A DNA stretch of 64,000 nt from Neovahlkampfia damariscottae (Eukaryota). This document shows, one piece after another, positions 25,701-39,767 of this stretch. How positions within the stretch are numbered: position 1 is the first letter of the stretch; every line of letters starts with the position of its first letter. The notes beneath the pieces were generated by a model that was given only the letters and a program-made list of their open reading frames with translations, had not been told where the DNA came from and did not search any database. The DNA is taken from positions 1-64,000 of the forward strand of contig JABLTG010000101.1 of the NCBI GenBank assembly GCA_016618085.1, in the 5' to 3' direction. The position numbers were made by a program, and so were the translations under genes.

Positions 25701-26092
25701 TGGGTATTCTATTCTACCAATTTTTACAATGATACCACATAAACTTTTCCAAATTGATGTTTCGGATTTTCCATAATAACTCAATAAAAATTTTTCGATG
25801 TTTTGTTTGTAACTTTGTTTTGAATTTTTTGAAAGTTGAACCCAATTTTTAAAAGTAATTGATTTTTGAATAAGATTAACGCCAAACCATTTTATATATG
25901 GATAAGTTTGTAATGACAAAAAATATAACCCATTGTCCATGCCTTTATATTTTTCGTAAAGAGACTTTTCTAAAAAATGAATAAGCATTTATTTTGATCC
26001 GTACCGAGATTGTTTCTGGTTTCATTATCAAATCCACCATTATAAAACTTTTGAAGTTGAGTTTCAAGTTCAACTGTTTGCTGTTCGTTCAT
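22784..26092 (-). CDS. XPO6: Exportin-6-like karyopherin (multi-exon)
   Basis: IVKIGRIEYP, LGISMIKMTCEEF, CRDLTVIVR, WRYFF and RKNLSYFERL..FYKK match exportin-6 motifs as recalled. Confidence 0.72.
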
Positions 26093-26150
26093 TCAACTGA
26101 TTTTTTTGTCCAATAAAAAAAATTGAAGGATGCAAATTTTTATTTATTAT

Positions 26151-27249
26151 TTAAAGTTTTCCATTCATATCAGCAATCATAGATTTTGACATTTTGGTTT
26201 TCTTATCTAAAATATGAATTCTTTTTTTAACAACAGAAGCAAAAATCATGAAAAAGAGAACAATGCCAACAATAACACCAACTAACATGATTACAAGAAA
26301 TACTACGATTAAAATGACAAGTACAATAGCTCCACAATCACCATCACTACCACCTCCACTACCTCCAAAACAATTTCCAATTGAAAAACCACCTGCTGCT
26401 GCGTGACAACAAAGATCACCATCACAACCATCTCCACAAGCAATTAGTGGAAAGAAACAACAATCAATTGATCCACCATAATGACCACCATATGGAATTG
26501 GTCTAAATGACCAAATATACCAAAAAAATAACCAATCCATTGAGCTGTACCCATGATAGTGATAATTATAATTGTAAGCGGTCAATTCTTTTTCAGGTGC
26601 GCAACATGAAGTTCCACAAAGCTTCAATAAAACAACAACTGCTCCAAATATAATAGCCATTGTTCCAATACAAAAGAAAAACCAAGCATTTCCCCATAAA
26701 TAATCAGCCAAGAATCCATTGACAGAAGCAATTTCATTCATAATTGGTAAAGTGTATCTTTCTGAATTCATATCTAATAGTGCTGTAAAAATTATAATAC
26801 CAAAAACTAAAAATTGCCATGTGCCAAGAACAATACCAACATCAAAACCAACCAAAGTAATAAATTTCATCATTGGTGGTATACAAGGTTTTTCTGTGGA
26901 TGATATTTCGGTCATTTGATAATTAAAACCACATACATCACATGTTGTGAAACTACTTGGATTTGGTGAAACTCTGTTTAAAAAATTAATTTTGTTTTTT
27001 TTTACAATCTCCATTCGTCAAGACATTTTCTGTGGACAAATTTTATTGATCCAGAACATTTACAAGGTGCTATAAAATCATCTCCTTCAGTGTCATGACA
27101 ATTTCTACAGATAATTTCACCATCATTATTGTTTAAAATTTCATAAGGGTTTTCTGCATAAGGATTTTGAATGTGGGGTACCTCCACTAATTTTTTTAAA
27201 AAAAGAATTTCATACTTCTTATCTCTGGGTTTTCTGGTTCATAAATCAT
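26151..27249 (-). CDS. MARCH-type RING-CH membrane E3 ligase (3 exons)
   Basis: CRNCH...[22 protein letters not shown]...CDVC followed by TM segments and a Gly/Cys-rich loop. Confidence 0.88.
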
Positions 27250-27571
27250 CTTTCTTTGATGAAGTTTTTTTAATTGATTGGTTTATATGATTGAACCTTC
27301 GAATCTTTTTAAAAACTGGAAGAATAAACTTGAATCTTCCATTTAACCATTTAAATTAAAGTCATGAGATTGATTGAAATAGACTTCAGCTTATGGTCAC
27401 AGAATGAATTCAAACAGTTCTAAAACAATGAACAAAAAAACAGAAAGTCAATTATTTTGAAAATAAATAAATAAAAATAAATAAAAATTAATTGCTAAAT
27501 TTTGTCCAATTAAATACTTTGTAAATTGACCAATTGAATCGCACTTTTCCTGCAATTTTTTTTGAGACAAA

Positions 27572-29188
27572 ATGGTAAGACATCACAATTTAATTTAATT
27601 CCACAGCCGACTTTATTCCTTTACGAAAGTCCTTTAGGATATGCTTTATTTAAAGTAAAAGAAGCAAATGATCTTGCTTCAAGTCTCAAACAAGCACAAA
27701 GAAATTTAAATGACTTTAAAGTTTTTTCAGACATCGTAAAATTAAAATCATTCCTTCCATTCAAAGACTCACAAGATTCTTTGGACAACATCAACGCAGT
27801 TTCCGAAGGTAACTTTTGTTTTTTTTTTTAAACCACTTTTTTCTTAGGTGTTTTACCAAAAACTTTAGAATCATTTTTAGAATCAAATGTTTCAAAAGGA
27901 AATAAAGTTGCTGTTATTGATACAAAACTTGGAGGTGCTATTCAAGATTCACTTTCAGTAAGCCAGAACAAACCATGTTAACACAGTTTTCTTTTTTTAG
28001 ATTGATAGTTTCACAGATCAAAGTATTTTAGAATTAGCTAGAGGTGTTAGATTCCATTTTGATAAATTCTTAAAAGAAGTTGCAAAAGAAGATGTTGAAA
28101 AAGCTGGATTAGGTTTAGGACATGCTTATTCAAGATCTAAAATAAAATTCAACTTAAACAAATCAGATAACATGGTTATTCAAGCTATTGCTTTAATTGA
28201 TCAACTTGATAAAGATATTAATACTTTTGCTATGAGATTAAAAGAATGGTATTCATGGCATTTCCCAGAATTATCAAAAATTTCAAAAATTGATAATGAA
28301 ATGTTTGCTAAACTTGTTCTCTTCATGAAACAAAAATCAAGTCTCACACAAGATAGTATTCATGGGTTAACAGAAATTACACAAGATGAAGATCTTTCAA
28401 AAGATATTTTAGAAGCAGCAAGATCATCAATGGGTTTAGAATTAAGTGAATTTGATATGTTAAACGTTGAAATTTTTGCTCAAAGAGTACATAAACTCAT
28501 TCAATACAGAAAACATTTATACAGTTATTTACAAACTAAAATGCATGCTATTGCTCCAAATTTGACAGTTTTAATCGGAGAAATGGTTGGTGCTAGATTA
28601 ATTTCAAAAGCAGGTTCATTAGTCAACTTAAGTAAATGTCCAAGTTCAACAATTCAAATTTTGGGTGCTGAAAAAGCTTTATTTAGAGCTTTAAAAACAA
28701 AAGGAAATACACCAAAATATGGACTCATTTATCATTCAAGTTTCATTGGTAGATCAACAAAACAAAACAAAGGAAGAGTTAGTCGTTACTTGGCAAACAA
28801 ATGTGCTTTTGCTACACGTGTTGATACTTTTTCAGAATTTCCAACAACAAAATTTGGTGAAAAAATGAGAGATCAAGTTGAAGCTAGAATCAATTATTAT
28901 GAAAAAGGTGTACAACCTACTGAATTAAAAAAAAATGTTGAAATCATGAAAGAAGTTGCAGACGAAGTTTTACAAGATATGAAAGATGCTGGATTCGCAA
29001 AATCATCAAAAAAAAGAAAATCTGATGAAGCTGGTATTGAAGAAGAATCAGATAAGAAAAAAAAGAAAAAAGAAAAAAAAGAAAAGAAAGAAAAAGATGG
29101 TTCTGAAAAGAAAGAAAAAAAAGAAAAAAAGGAAAAGAAAGAAAAGAAGGAAAAAAAAGAAAAGAAAGAAAAGAAATCAAAAAAATAA
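27572..29188 (+). CDS. NOP56: Box C/D snoRNP protein Nop56 (first coding exon is ATG only)
   Basis: LFLYESPLGYALF, NINAVSEG, GLGHAYSR, TKGNTPKYGLIYHS, SRYLANKC and KKE tail. Confidence 0.95.
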
Positions 29189-29287
29189 AACTCCTATCCT
29201 TTTAATTTTAAAACTGAAAAATTTTTGTTTTTTTTTTTCTTGCTTCAAAAGCAGAACCAATCAAATTGTTAAATTCTCTTGAAAAAC

Positions 29288-32200
29288 ATGTCAACGATAC
29301 AAGACGGTTTTCTTTTATCTCAAGAAAATTTTGAAGTTTTAAATTATTTAGATGAAGAAGCTACTGTAATATAAATAAACAATATTAACCTTTTTCTCTT
29401 TTAGATTTCTCTTTGTACCAATTTATTAGATAAAACAGAAGTTATTGTCAGAAAAGTAGTTCCTCAATCATTATCGAAAGTATTTTTTTATCTAAATGAT
29501 TTAATATTTTTCCTAAAGTTTGAAACTATCATTGATTATCGAGATTTAAGTATACTAAATCCTCTTGATTATTATACAGCGAAATCACTTCAAAGACAAA
29601 ATTTATATTTTTTAGTATCTGAATCATATGATTGTGGTTCTATTGATGATGTTATTTTAAAGTCGATTGAACTTCAAATCGACATTCCTGCAGAAGTTTT
29701 TTTCTTTTTTTTTTTTTAATTTTCTTGTTGAAGGTCATTTTATCATGGATAAAAAAAATAATCAAAGGATTACAATATATTCATTCAAAGGGCTTTATAC
29801 ATTCACTTATTAATTCAGAAACTATTTATTTAACGACTTATGATAATTTAAAAAAAAACAATCTAAAATTCAACTTTGAATTACCAAAAGAAAAAGAAAC
29901 AACAGAAGAAATGAAAGAATTAATGGAAAAAGGAATGCCTTGGAACTTGGAAACATGTGAACCAAAAATTGGAAACTTTGAAAAAATGATAGAAATAGGA
30001 GATCAAATTATAAAACAAAACACATTTGACGATTCAATGTTATCATTTTTAGCACCTGAAGTTGAATCAAAAAAACCACTTGATGAGTCAATTGACATTT
30101 GGAGTTTAGGAATTGTCATTTATCAATTATATAAAAAAATACCATCAGGAGATGTACCTAAAATATCATCAATTATTACACAAGATCCTGATTTTTTTAT
30201 ACCTACTGATAGTCAAGAAAACAAATCAAAATCAAAAATTGAGCAATTGATTTATTCATGTTTACAAATTGATACTTCAGATAGACCAACTTGTGAAGAA
30301 TTAATCAATTTCATTGATAACGAATCAGCTACAAGTTTAAAAAGTTATGCTTCAAGTTCTTCTTTATTGACTTTTAAAGTTGATGATGTTTTAGCTTCAA
30401 TTAAATCAGAAAGAGGTAGAAAATTCTGGAAAGAATCAGGATGGAAAGATAAACCACAAGTTGAATGGATGGATTTTTTAGATAAATATTATGAATCAAC
30501 TTCTTGGAAGAAAATTTCAAAAAATACAGTCAGAGGTTTAAAAAAGATTTTATGTGAAAGAGGAACAATCATTGTTACATATCAAACTTTTGATGATGCA
30601 ATTTCAAATCTTGGATTTCCTTTTGACATGAATGTTGTCGCTGGAATGGAAGAATCATTTAGATATTCATTTGAAATTAATAGTTCAAATCAAGTTGATG
30701 CAAAAGAACAATATTTAAATTTGATTAAAAAAACTTCTGTTTTTTTAGATCCAATTTCACAAGTTTCAATGAGTTTAGTAGATCATTATATTCCTTTGAA
30801 TATTGCTTTTGAAAATGAATTTGAAAAAATATCATTACCACAAGATGGATTAAAGTAAAATTGAAAACAAAATTTAAAAATTTTTTTAAAAGAACATTAT
30901 TAAGTTCAACAAAAGGAAGTAGAATATCTTTAACTGGATCTTCTTCATGTGGAAAAACATTCCTGTAAATTTTTTATTCATTTTTAAAAAAAAAAAAAAC
31001 AGTTTGAAAATGATTTTACAAAAACAAGTTGAAAATGAAGATTTAGTTCCAATTTATGTTCCTTTAAAAATTTTATCAAATTCAGATGAAATCAAATTTA
31101 AGTGTAAAGTTGATTTTCCAAAATTAATAATCAATGGTAAACCTCAAATAGATTTGAATTTTTATTTTTTAAAGCATCTGCAAATTCAATAATGAACAAG
31201 AATTTTAGATACTCTGAAGCAATTGAAGAACATTTATTGAAAGCATTTCAAGAAAAAAAAGTTTTTCTTTTATTTGATGGTTTAGATGAATGTAATGAAG
31301 ATACAAGAGAATATTTAATTGAATTAATTTCTAATTTATCAACATCTCATCTTGATAATTCAGTTTTCATTTTAACAAGTAGAATGTTAAATTATTCAGA
31401 ACATAGTCAACAATACTCTTCAAATTTTGAAGATGAAGATAGTTTCAATAAATTAAAATATAAAAGATTATTGGGTGTTTTAGAATTCAAAAATGCTAAT
31501 TTATTACCTTTGAATGTAAATCAACAAGTTGAAATGACAAGAAAAGCAGGTTTACATTCACCACAATTTGATAATATTTTACTTGGTAAAAAATATTATG
31601 AATTCTCAAAAATACCATTATTTCTTTCATTTATGATTTGTTATTTTCGTGAACATCAATCTATGCCAGAACAAAAATCAAAATTATTTCAAAATGTCAT
31701 AGAAATGATCATTAATGTTTATTTTCAAAAAAAAGGTGGTAATCCAAGTCCAAATGAAATTATTCAAGAAAAGAAGAGTATTATTGATTTCTTGACAAAA
31801 ATTGCAGTTTATATGCATCAAAATCGTTTAAGAGAATTTTCATTCAAAGATGTATCACAATTTGGTTTAGTTTTTGAAAACATATGGGAATCATATTTTG
31901 ATAATATCAAAGGAGGTCTTTTTCCATTATTAGTTCCTGATGTTAATTCATTATCATTTTATCATCCTGCATTTCAAGATTATTTAGTTTCAACAAATTG
32001 GTCATCAACATCAAGTCAATTAAGATCACAAAACAATTTTAAAAAGAATTCAAATTCAACAAAATTAACGAATTTTATTGATATAGTTTTAGATCCATGG
32101 TATAGAAATACTATTTTATTGATGCCTGATATAATGAATAGAGAAGATCATAGAGATTTTTGTAAGTAAGTTTTTTTATTTGTTAATCAATAAGATGGCT

Positions 32201-33731
32201 TTTTAAATCATCAGTATCATCACCTTATAAATATGCTTTATTAACAATCATCATGCAATTTATTGAATTAAGACCTACAACAGGAAAAGATGGAGAATTC
32301 AGAAATAAATTATTAAAAATGATTGCTTCACAAAAACAAAATCTTTACGTTTTTGAAGGGTTAGTATCAGAAAGTGAAGTTTTAAGAAAAAGAGCAGCAC
32401 AAGATTTAAATGTTAATGATACAGATCAAAAAAATTCTGTTTATAATTTCATTTTAAAAAATATTGAAAATGGTTATATTTGTGTTGAAAGTCTTGAAAG
32501 AATTGCAGAAAATCCAAATAACTCATTTAAGGAAATTTTAATTTCCAAATTGGATTTATGTACAAAAAATAATGATTTCAAAAATATGGCTCTTTTAATC
32601 ATTGCATTAGGTTATTCAGTTCCAAAATATTATCAACCAATTTTAAGTGATGTTTTAAAATTTCAAAATGTCCAATCAGCAATGGTTAAAATTGGATTTT
32701 TAAAAGTACTTGCTAGAATCATTACACCAGGTAATTTAAGTGCTATTGATATTGTATTAAATGTTTGTAAAAATACATTTGATCAAATTGATGATTTTCA
32801 AGCAGAATTTGAATTTGAATTAGTTTCAACACTTGGTGAGATTTCATTCAAAACATCCAATGAAAATGTCATTTTAACATTATTATATTTTGTTCAACAT
32901 GGATTAGATATTTCTATTCAAAAAAAAGCTATTGAATCATTAGGCAAAGTTATCTCAACAACACCTTCAAAAAGTGTTTTATTTGAATTAAATGAATGTT
33001 TTAAAGATTTCAAATTTTGGACTTTAATTCCTGAATTTAATCATTTTTATGATAAATCATTAATAGCATTTCCAAAAAGTAAAATTGAAATTGGAAAAGA
33101 GATTGATCATATTCTTTCTTTTTTTGATCAAGAAAATGAAATTTATAAATTAGAATCTTGTAAGATTCTATTGAAAATAATAGATTTTAAAAACATGAAA
33201 CAAGTTCTTAAAGTTATTTTAGCTTTACAAAATGCATTGATTGATTCAAATGAATTTTTTAGAGTTCAAATTCTTAAGAATTTATATCGTTTATATTTAC
33301 ATTTATTAGAAAACAAAAAGACAAATTTAGAGTTCATTGAACATTTAAAAAAAAGAATAATTGATCATTTTATAATTTCAATTATTGATCATTCTGATCT
33401 TGTTTCTTTACAAGCAACAAATTTATTATCAAAAATAACACAAAGAGGAGATAAGAATATAATTGAAATTTTAGAACAAATGACAAATGAAGATACTGAA
33501 TTTTGTACAACAAGAGCTCTTACATATATTGCTGATATTGATTATTTGATTTATTTAAATGGTAAATGTTCAAAGAATGATAATTTATCATTTCTTTGTT
33601 ATGAAGGAATTGTGAGATTTGTTAAATCTTCAAAAGAGAGAAAGAATTGTTTGACTCCAAAACAAATTGAACAAATTCAATCCATAAAATCATTAGAATC
33701 TCATTATGCTCTGTATGAAATTTATTTTTAA
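29288..33731 (+). CDS. Pseudokinase-NACHT-HEAT repeat STAND/NLR-like protein (multi-exon)
   Basis: Kinase fold with APE and DIWSLG but HSLINSET/NFE. Walker A GSSSCGKT, Walker B FLLFDGLDE, ILTSR, IPLFL, FYHPAFQDYL, then helical repeats. Confidence 0.8.
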
Positions 33732-33750
33732 ATAAAGAGCTTTTTATTGT

Positions 33751-35719
33751 CTATTGGTGTTCTTTAGGTTTGAAAAATCGAATTGAGAATGTTGATTTCA
33801 ATTCATGATCAACGAATTCTTGATTTTTGATGTAATTTTCGTATTCAGGTGAATCAATAAAACGAGCGTATGTATCTGATAAGTTAGTTTTGACTTCATT
33901 GAAAGCGTCATCAAATAAATCATCATCAAATTCAACTACATTTCCTCCTCTATAATCAAATTTTGATTTTAATTTATTTGCAACTCTTCCCGGGCAATTT
34001 ATACGTAAAGTAGATTTATCTCCATTGAAGTAAGTATAAAAAATGTCACAACCAATTTCTTTCTTCTTCCATTTGCTTTTGGTATTGTTGTATTTCAGAA
34101 TATCTTCATAGCACAAATACTACAAATTTTGTCAAAATTATGATTGTTTTTTACATTTTCTAAGGACCATTCAACAACAGCAAATTCACGAAATTGTTTT
34201 TTTAAGTCTTTATTTTTCATAATTTCATCCAATGAATCAAAGGCCCAAAAACTGTTTTATTTTTAAGTAGATTGTAATTAACAAAACAAGTAAAATTTGA
34301 TAAATTAACAGTCCATATTGATAAATTGTGATGAATATGGAACTGATGATATTGGTATTGTTCAAATCTCTTCCATTTCTAGCAACTGAGTTTCCAATCA
34401 ATTTAATAAGAAAACCTGAAAAATATGAAAATGATACCAACATTCCAACAATAAATTCAACTCTGAAATAAAAAGGATCTCTGAAGAATAGATAATGTAT
34501 GATATGTTGATAAAATGTTTTTGGGAATTGTCTCAATTTTTTCTTTCACAACTCTAAACAACAAAATAGAAAATTCAATGAAACATCACAAAATCCAATC
34601 AGCAATAAAATCAAAAAATTGATGAAACTGATTGTACCATAAACATAATAATTGATCGATTTGATTGGCGAATCACAACTAAAATTAAAAATAGTAAATA
34701 AAATTAAATTGACAAAATGAGAAGAATAAAATGATGACCAGAACAGAAATATAAGGTGATGATAATTTTCCTAAAATAACAATAATTTTGTAAAAGATTC
34801 CATGTCTATCTTTTCTAATTTTATCTTTTCTAGAATTTAAAATTGACAAAAAAATAAAACGTAAATAATTCAATGGAACTAATAGACCAATCAAACATAA
34901 TAAATTCAAATAAACCAAAGAAGTAAAATAACATTCATATTGAGTTGCTGTTTTAGCATCAATGTAATATCTCTGAAGTGGTGCCAATGATAATAAGTAT
35001 TGAATAATGACAGCGATTGGTGGAAAAATACTTCTTGATTTCAATGGTTGTTCATTTCTTAAATAGATCAAAATTAAAAATAATAAAATATAAAATCCTT
35101 CTTCTAAATACAATGTTTCTACTCCTACACTGGCAAATCTTAAATAATCAAATGAAGAGCAGGAATTGGCTGTTTGATTCACATTCCATTTTGTGATGGC
35201 CAAATAATCATGTCTTGGGAAATTTGTAATATTTACAATTGGAATGCTTGAATATGCTACAGAAATATAATTCACTCGATTAGCCAATCGTGGTGTAAGT
35301 TGATAAAGTAATTGTTCTGTGGCATTTGGTTGAGTATTATCAAAATAAAGTAGTCTTTTGGGTATATTTTCGTTAAAAATCCTCTCATGGTGATTATTCA
35401 AAATTCCTCCTTTTAGTAAATTGCTGTCTCTGAATTGAAAAAAAATTAATAGTGAAGAGTTGATGTTTTGTTCTGTTTGGAAAGAAACAGAAGACCAACT
35501 TGATTTTTTAATTCCTAGAGTATTCACAGTAAGTGAAATTATATTTGTTGTTGGAGGTATTTGATAAATCAAACGTGAAGGTGTTTTTGGTGGAGGAAAT
35601 TTAGATGGAACTTGTGATACTTGCCATTCTATTCTTGTATCTTTTCTTGTTATACAGGTGAGACCAAATGATTTTGTTATCAACAGCAAAAACAAAACCG
35701 ATGTCAACCAATTTATCAT
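33751..35719 (-). pseudogene. 7TM-RGS gene with apparent frameshifts and a premature stop
   Basis: Shares QPLKSR, PLNYLR, DPFYFR, EWSLEN and YFNG motifs with 41728-44532. Frame breaks near 34720 and 34245, and in-frame TGA at 34546-34548. Confidence 0.7.
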
Positions 35720-35894
35720 CCAATGAAAAACTGTCGTTTTCAACGGTCCTTCTAAAATTTAAAACTTGGTTGATATCCAACAATTGAAACGAAAAAACAG
35801 GTTATATTTGAGAGTATTTTTTCCACCAATCATTTATCATTTATTTTTGTTCTTCCTTTCAACAGAATCCCACTGTCCTGGAAGGATACTTCAA

Positions 35895-36788
35895 ATGGAT
35901 AAACAGCAACAAGATTTAATAGAATCATTTAATAAATTAAAATTGGAAAAAGAAAAATTAGAACAAGAGAATACGGTTTTAAAAAATGAACTGTTAAATT
36001 TAAAACATCATCGGAAAAATTCAGTGAATAAAATCAGGTTAAACATTGGAGGAAAGTTATTTACCACCAGTATAACAACTCTGACCAACGAAAAAGATAC
36101 ATTTTTCACTTCCATGCTTGGAAAAAATTTTAATACTCAACCTGACGAAGATGGAGAATATTTTATTGATAGAAATCCGGAATACTTTCATTTAATTTTA
36201 GATTATCTTCGAAATCCCACTAAAGATTTAGACTTAAGTGATTTGAATCCAAAACAATTAAAAGAGTTTCAATACGAAGTTGATTATTATTCAATAAGGA
36301 GTTTACAAGTTGAACCACAAAAAATAATTGAAATTATAGCAATAGGAGATAAATTATCAGTTAAAAAATTAGATGTGAATAAATACAGAATATCAAAATC
36401 TAATTCGTCAAATTGGGATGCTAATATTTCATTTTCATCATGTAAAAAATTCAAAATTACAGCTATACAAAATTGTGTTTCATTAGCCATCGGTTTTATA
36501 AAAAAAGAAAATTTGAATGTCAATGAAATGAACATGTATAATGGATATTTCATTCTATCAAATGGAGGTGTTTTATGTTCAAAAAATGATAATTTCAAAT
36601 CATATGGTAAATCATTCTATTATTCAGGTCATTTAATTGAAGTTATTTTTGAAAATAATACTTTGAGTTTTTTGATTCAAGGTAAAAATTTTGGAACTGC
36701 ATATACAGGTTTGGATTCAAATTTGATTCCTTCTATTGATGTTGGATCTGCTAGTGCATGCTTTGATATCGAATTTTTCAATAAATGA
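35895..36788 (+). CDS. Coiled-coil / KCTD-type BTB / SPRY-like protein, intronless
   Basis: IRLNIGGKLFTTSITTL...EYFIDRNPEYFHLILDYLR, and C-terminal LSFLIQGKNFGTAY...LIPSI. Confidence 0.88.
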   Translation: MDKQQQDLIESFNKLKLEKEKLEQENTVLKNELLNLKHHRKNSVNKIRLNIGGKLFTTSITTLTNEKDTFFTSMLGKNFNTQPDEDGEYFIDRNPEYFHLILDYLRNPTKDLDLSDLNPKQLKEFQYEVDYYSIRSLQVEPQKIIEIIAIGDKLSVKKLDVNKYRISKSNSSNWDANISFSSCKKFKITAIQNCVSLAIGFIKKENLNVNEMNMYNGYFILSNGGVLCSKNDNFKSYGKSFYYSGHLIEVIFENNTLSFLIQGKNFGTAYTGLDSNLIPSIDVGSASACFDIEFFNK

Positions 36789-36795
36789 ATTTTTT

Positions 36796-39649
36796 TTATT
36801 TTTTGTTGTTCAATAAATGTGTCACTTGGAAATATTCATTTTCTAAAATTTCAGGGTTGTTGTTTTCTTCTGCATAATAAACTAACTTATTTAATGCATC
36901 AAAATATAAGTTTTGTGAGTTTCTAACAAGTTGTCTCATGATAAATTTACTTGCATAACTGTGAAATAAGTTAGTCATTTTTTTTGATTTTTAGTTTACT
37001 AGCAAATGGATGCATTTTGATGATCTAATGCTGTAATAAAGAATGAATTACCACCAATTAAATCTAAATTTGATTTTTTTTTACATTTTTCAAGAATGAA
37101 AATGAAACAAATTACTTTGATATTTGGATCAAAAATGTTTAAATATAATTGATGGAAAATAGTCACATGTATTTCTTTGATTAAATTTGATGGAATTTGA
37201 ATAAAACCTTCTCTAAATAAAGCACACCAATCTTCTTTTTCATTCAAAACTTTTTGTAAGTCTTTATCATAAATGGAAACTAAATCAACAATTAAATAAA
37301 ATGCTTGTAAGAGTAAATTTGGATTTGTTTCTTTGATATGAAAGAATTGAAGTAATGAATCATTTAAATATTTAAAAAGATCATTCAATTTTTTTTCATC
37401 ATGAAAAACTTGAAATTTTGATTTTTTATATAAAACTATTTTCTCAACTAAATTCAAATAAATTGATCTTCCTTTTGACTTTTTACACAATTCAGACATT
37501 AATAATTCACCAATTTGATTCACTAATAGTTTTAAAATTTTCTAAAAAACTAACATTTTTCATCAGTTAAACAAATGAATAACATAGATTCTCCATTTTT
37601 TCTTTCTAAAGGATCATTCGAATAAATTAGATATTTCAAAACTGAGAAATGTTCATTTGTATTAGTTTCATGTAAAAATTCAATACATCTTGAATTTATT
37701 TCATTTTCCATCTATAAAAAAATAAAAGAAAAAAAAATGATACCATGAGATACTTCGAACTCAAGTTGTAAAGTTCAAAAACAAAATTGACAATTGTTTG
37801 TTGATCTAAAGAATCAGCAATTTTTTCTTTCAAAACAAGCTCAATCGAGAGAAATTTTGAAAATTTTTCGATAAATTTTTCCGGTAAAAACTTGAATATT
37901 TGATCAATATATAATTGAGCATCTGATGAAAATAATAGATTTAAAAGTTCACTTTCTTGATTTGGTTTAATTTTCTTTTGTTTCTTCAATTCATTGGTCA
38001 AATAATCAAAAATAATAATGAATAAATTTTGTTTTGTGATCAATGAGCGAGTCGCTAAAAATTGATCAATAATCACCGAAACTCCACCAATTTTTTGAAT
38101 TTTCTCTTGATCATAAACACCTTCATGATATAAATTATTGATTAAAAGAGTAATTAAAAATTTTTGGCATTCTAGTTCATTTGTTTGATTTAGTAATTTC
38201 AATAAAACTCTTTCATCAAAATAATACAAACTATAGAGACTTGAATCAAAATTTAAACTTACATTAATTTGTTAAAGTTCGCATTCAAAGAATAAGCATG
38301 CAAATGTATGAAAATTAAATCCCAAATTTCTTTATCATTTATAATATTTAAATAAATGAATAATGTCATTTCGGAGAATCTTTTGAATATTTGTTCCAAG
38401 CATAATTGATTTTCTTTTTTTTTTAAAAATATGTATAAGTTATATAACATTTCAAATGATCTAATAATCGCACTTTTTTCTTTTAATTCTAATAATTCAA
38501 AGAAAAATCTTCTTGTATGGAAGAATGCTATTTTATTTCCTTTTAATAAAAAATCGCCAAATACCTGGAAAATTGATTTAATTGGACAGATGTTTAACTT
38601 ACATGAATGATAATATTTTGAGCAATAACGGTTGATTCAGGATCAATTGGTTTTAAAATTAAATTTAACAAATCATCAAAAGATTTTTCATTCAATTCTT
38701 GTGGTAAATTCTCATTATTAAGAAATATCTTTGGTGATTGATCTAACATTGTTAATTTTATTGAGTCTGTCATTTTTCTTGTTTTTTCAATTTCTTTTAC
38801 TTTTGAAATGTCATTTGTTAAATATTTGTTAATTGTTGAAGATAAATCAAGTTCAGGAAGTTTATCTTCAAATTTGGTAATTTTACGAAATTGCCCTCCA
38901 AAAACAATACCTTTGAAAAATAAATAAAAAATGAAAAATGAATTACAATCTAATGAAGTCTTATGAATGACTTGAAATTTGATTCTATTTTCAACAAAGT
39001 TTTCTTCAATTTGATTTTTCTTTTTTGGATCTGTTGGTCCTAAACTTTGTGATCTACCTGAAAAAGTATGAAACAAATAATATTAATACCATCCGATCTT
39101 TTATGTGATTTTCTCTCTTTTTCAATTTTCAATTTCAAAGTTTTAAATTTTTGTTGATCTTCTGTATTTAAACCTTGTACATGCTCAAGAACCATATTTT
39201 CAAGTAAAGAAACCAATTTCAAAGTCATTTTATCTTTAATAACTTGATCTTTTTTTATTGACCAACAATGTTGATCAATTTGCACAGCACATGAAACAGA
39301 AGGAACATTCTACAAAAAAATTAAAAAAAAAAAAAAAAAAACAGTTTTGAAATTTGATATAATTAAATGAACACATTTATGAACTACTAACTGATCAAAA
39401 AAATATTCTTTTGATCTTTTCATAATTTGTAAATAAACTACAGAAGTGTTTGTTATGTTTTTTTTTGGAAATACCTAAATCTGTAGTGTTTGGATTTAAA
39501 AGATATTTTTGAAATTGTAAAAAACTTTCAACAGGTACTTCTTCAATTAAAGAAGTTATTGATACAATAGTGTTGAAGATTATGTCTTCAACAATTGACT
39601 CTTTTGTTCTTTGATAACCTTGTTGAACTAATCTTGTTGAAGGTTTCAT
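36796..39649 (-). CDS. Large helical hypothetical protein (multi-exon)
   Basis: Consecutive same-strand ORFs separated by short GT-AG introns. No motif recognised, and the 3' end is uncertain. Confidence 0.6.
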
Positions 39650-39767
39650 TGTTGCTTCAAAGGAAGCTAAAGTTTAGAAAATAGAAATTTACCAATTGGT
39701 GAATTTGTTGGAGCACTTCCAAGAAACATCAAGATTTGAAATATAATTGGATGAAAAAAAAACGTTT

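Noticed and set aside
27575..28000. snoRNAs hosted in NOP56 introns
   Set aside because: The introns are only about 30-45 nt, too short for box C/D snoRNAs.
29050..29188. Purine-rich AAAGAA tandem repeat
   Set aside because: It encodes the normal KKE tail of Nop56.
192..34548. TGA-to-Trp recoding suggested by TGA at 192-194 and 34546-34548
   Set aside because: TGG is used for Trp throughout, TGA ends intact genes (8156, 36788, 58349), and both cases lie in genes with other lesions.
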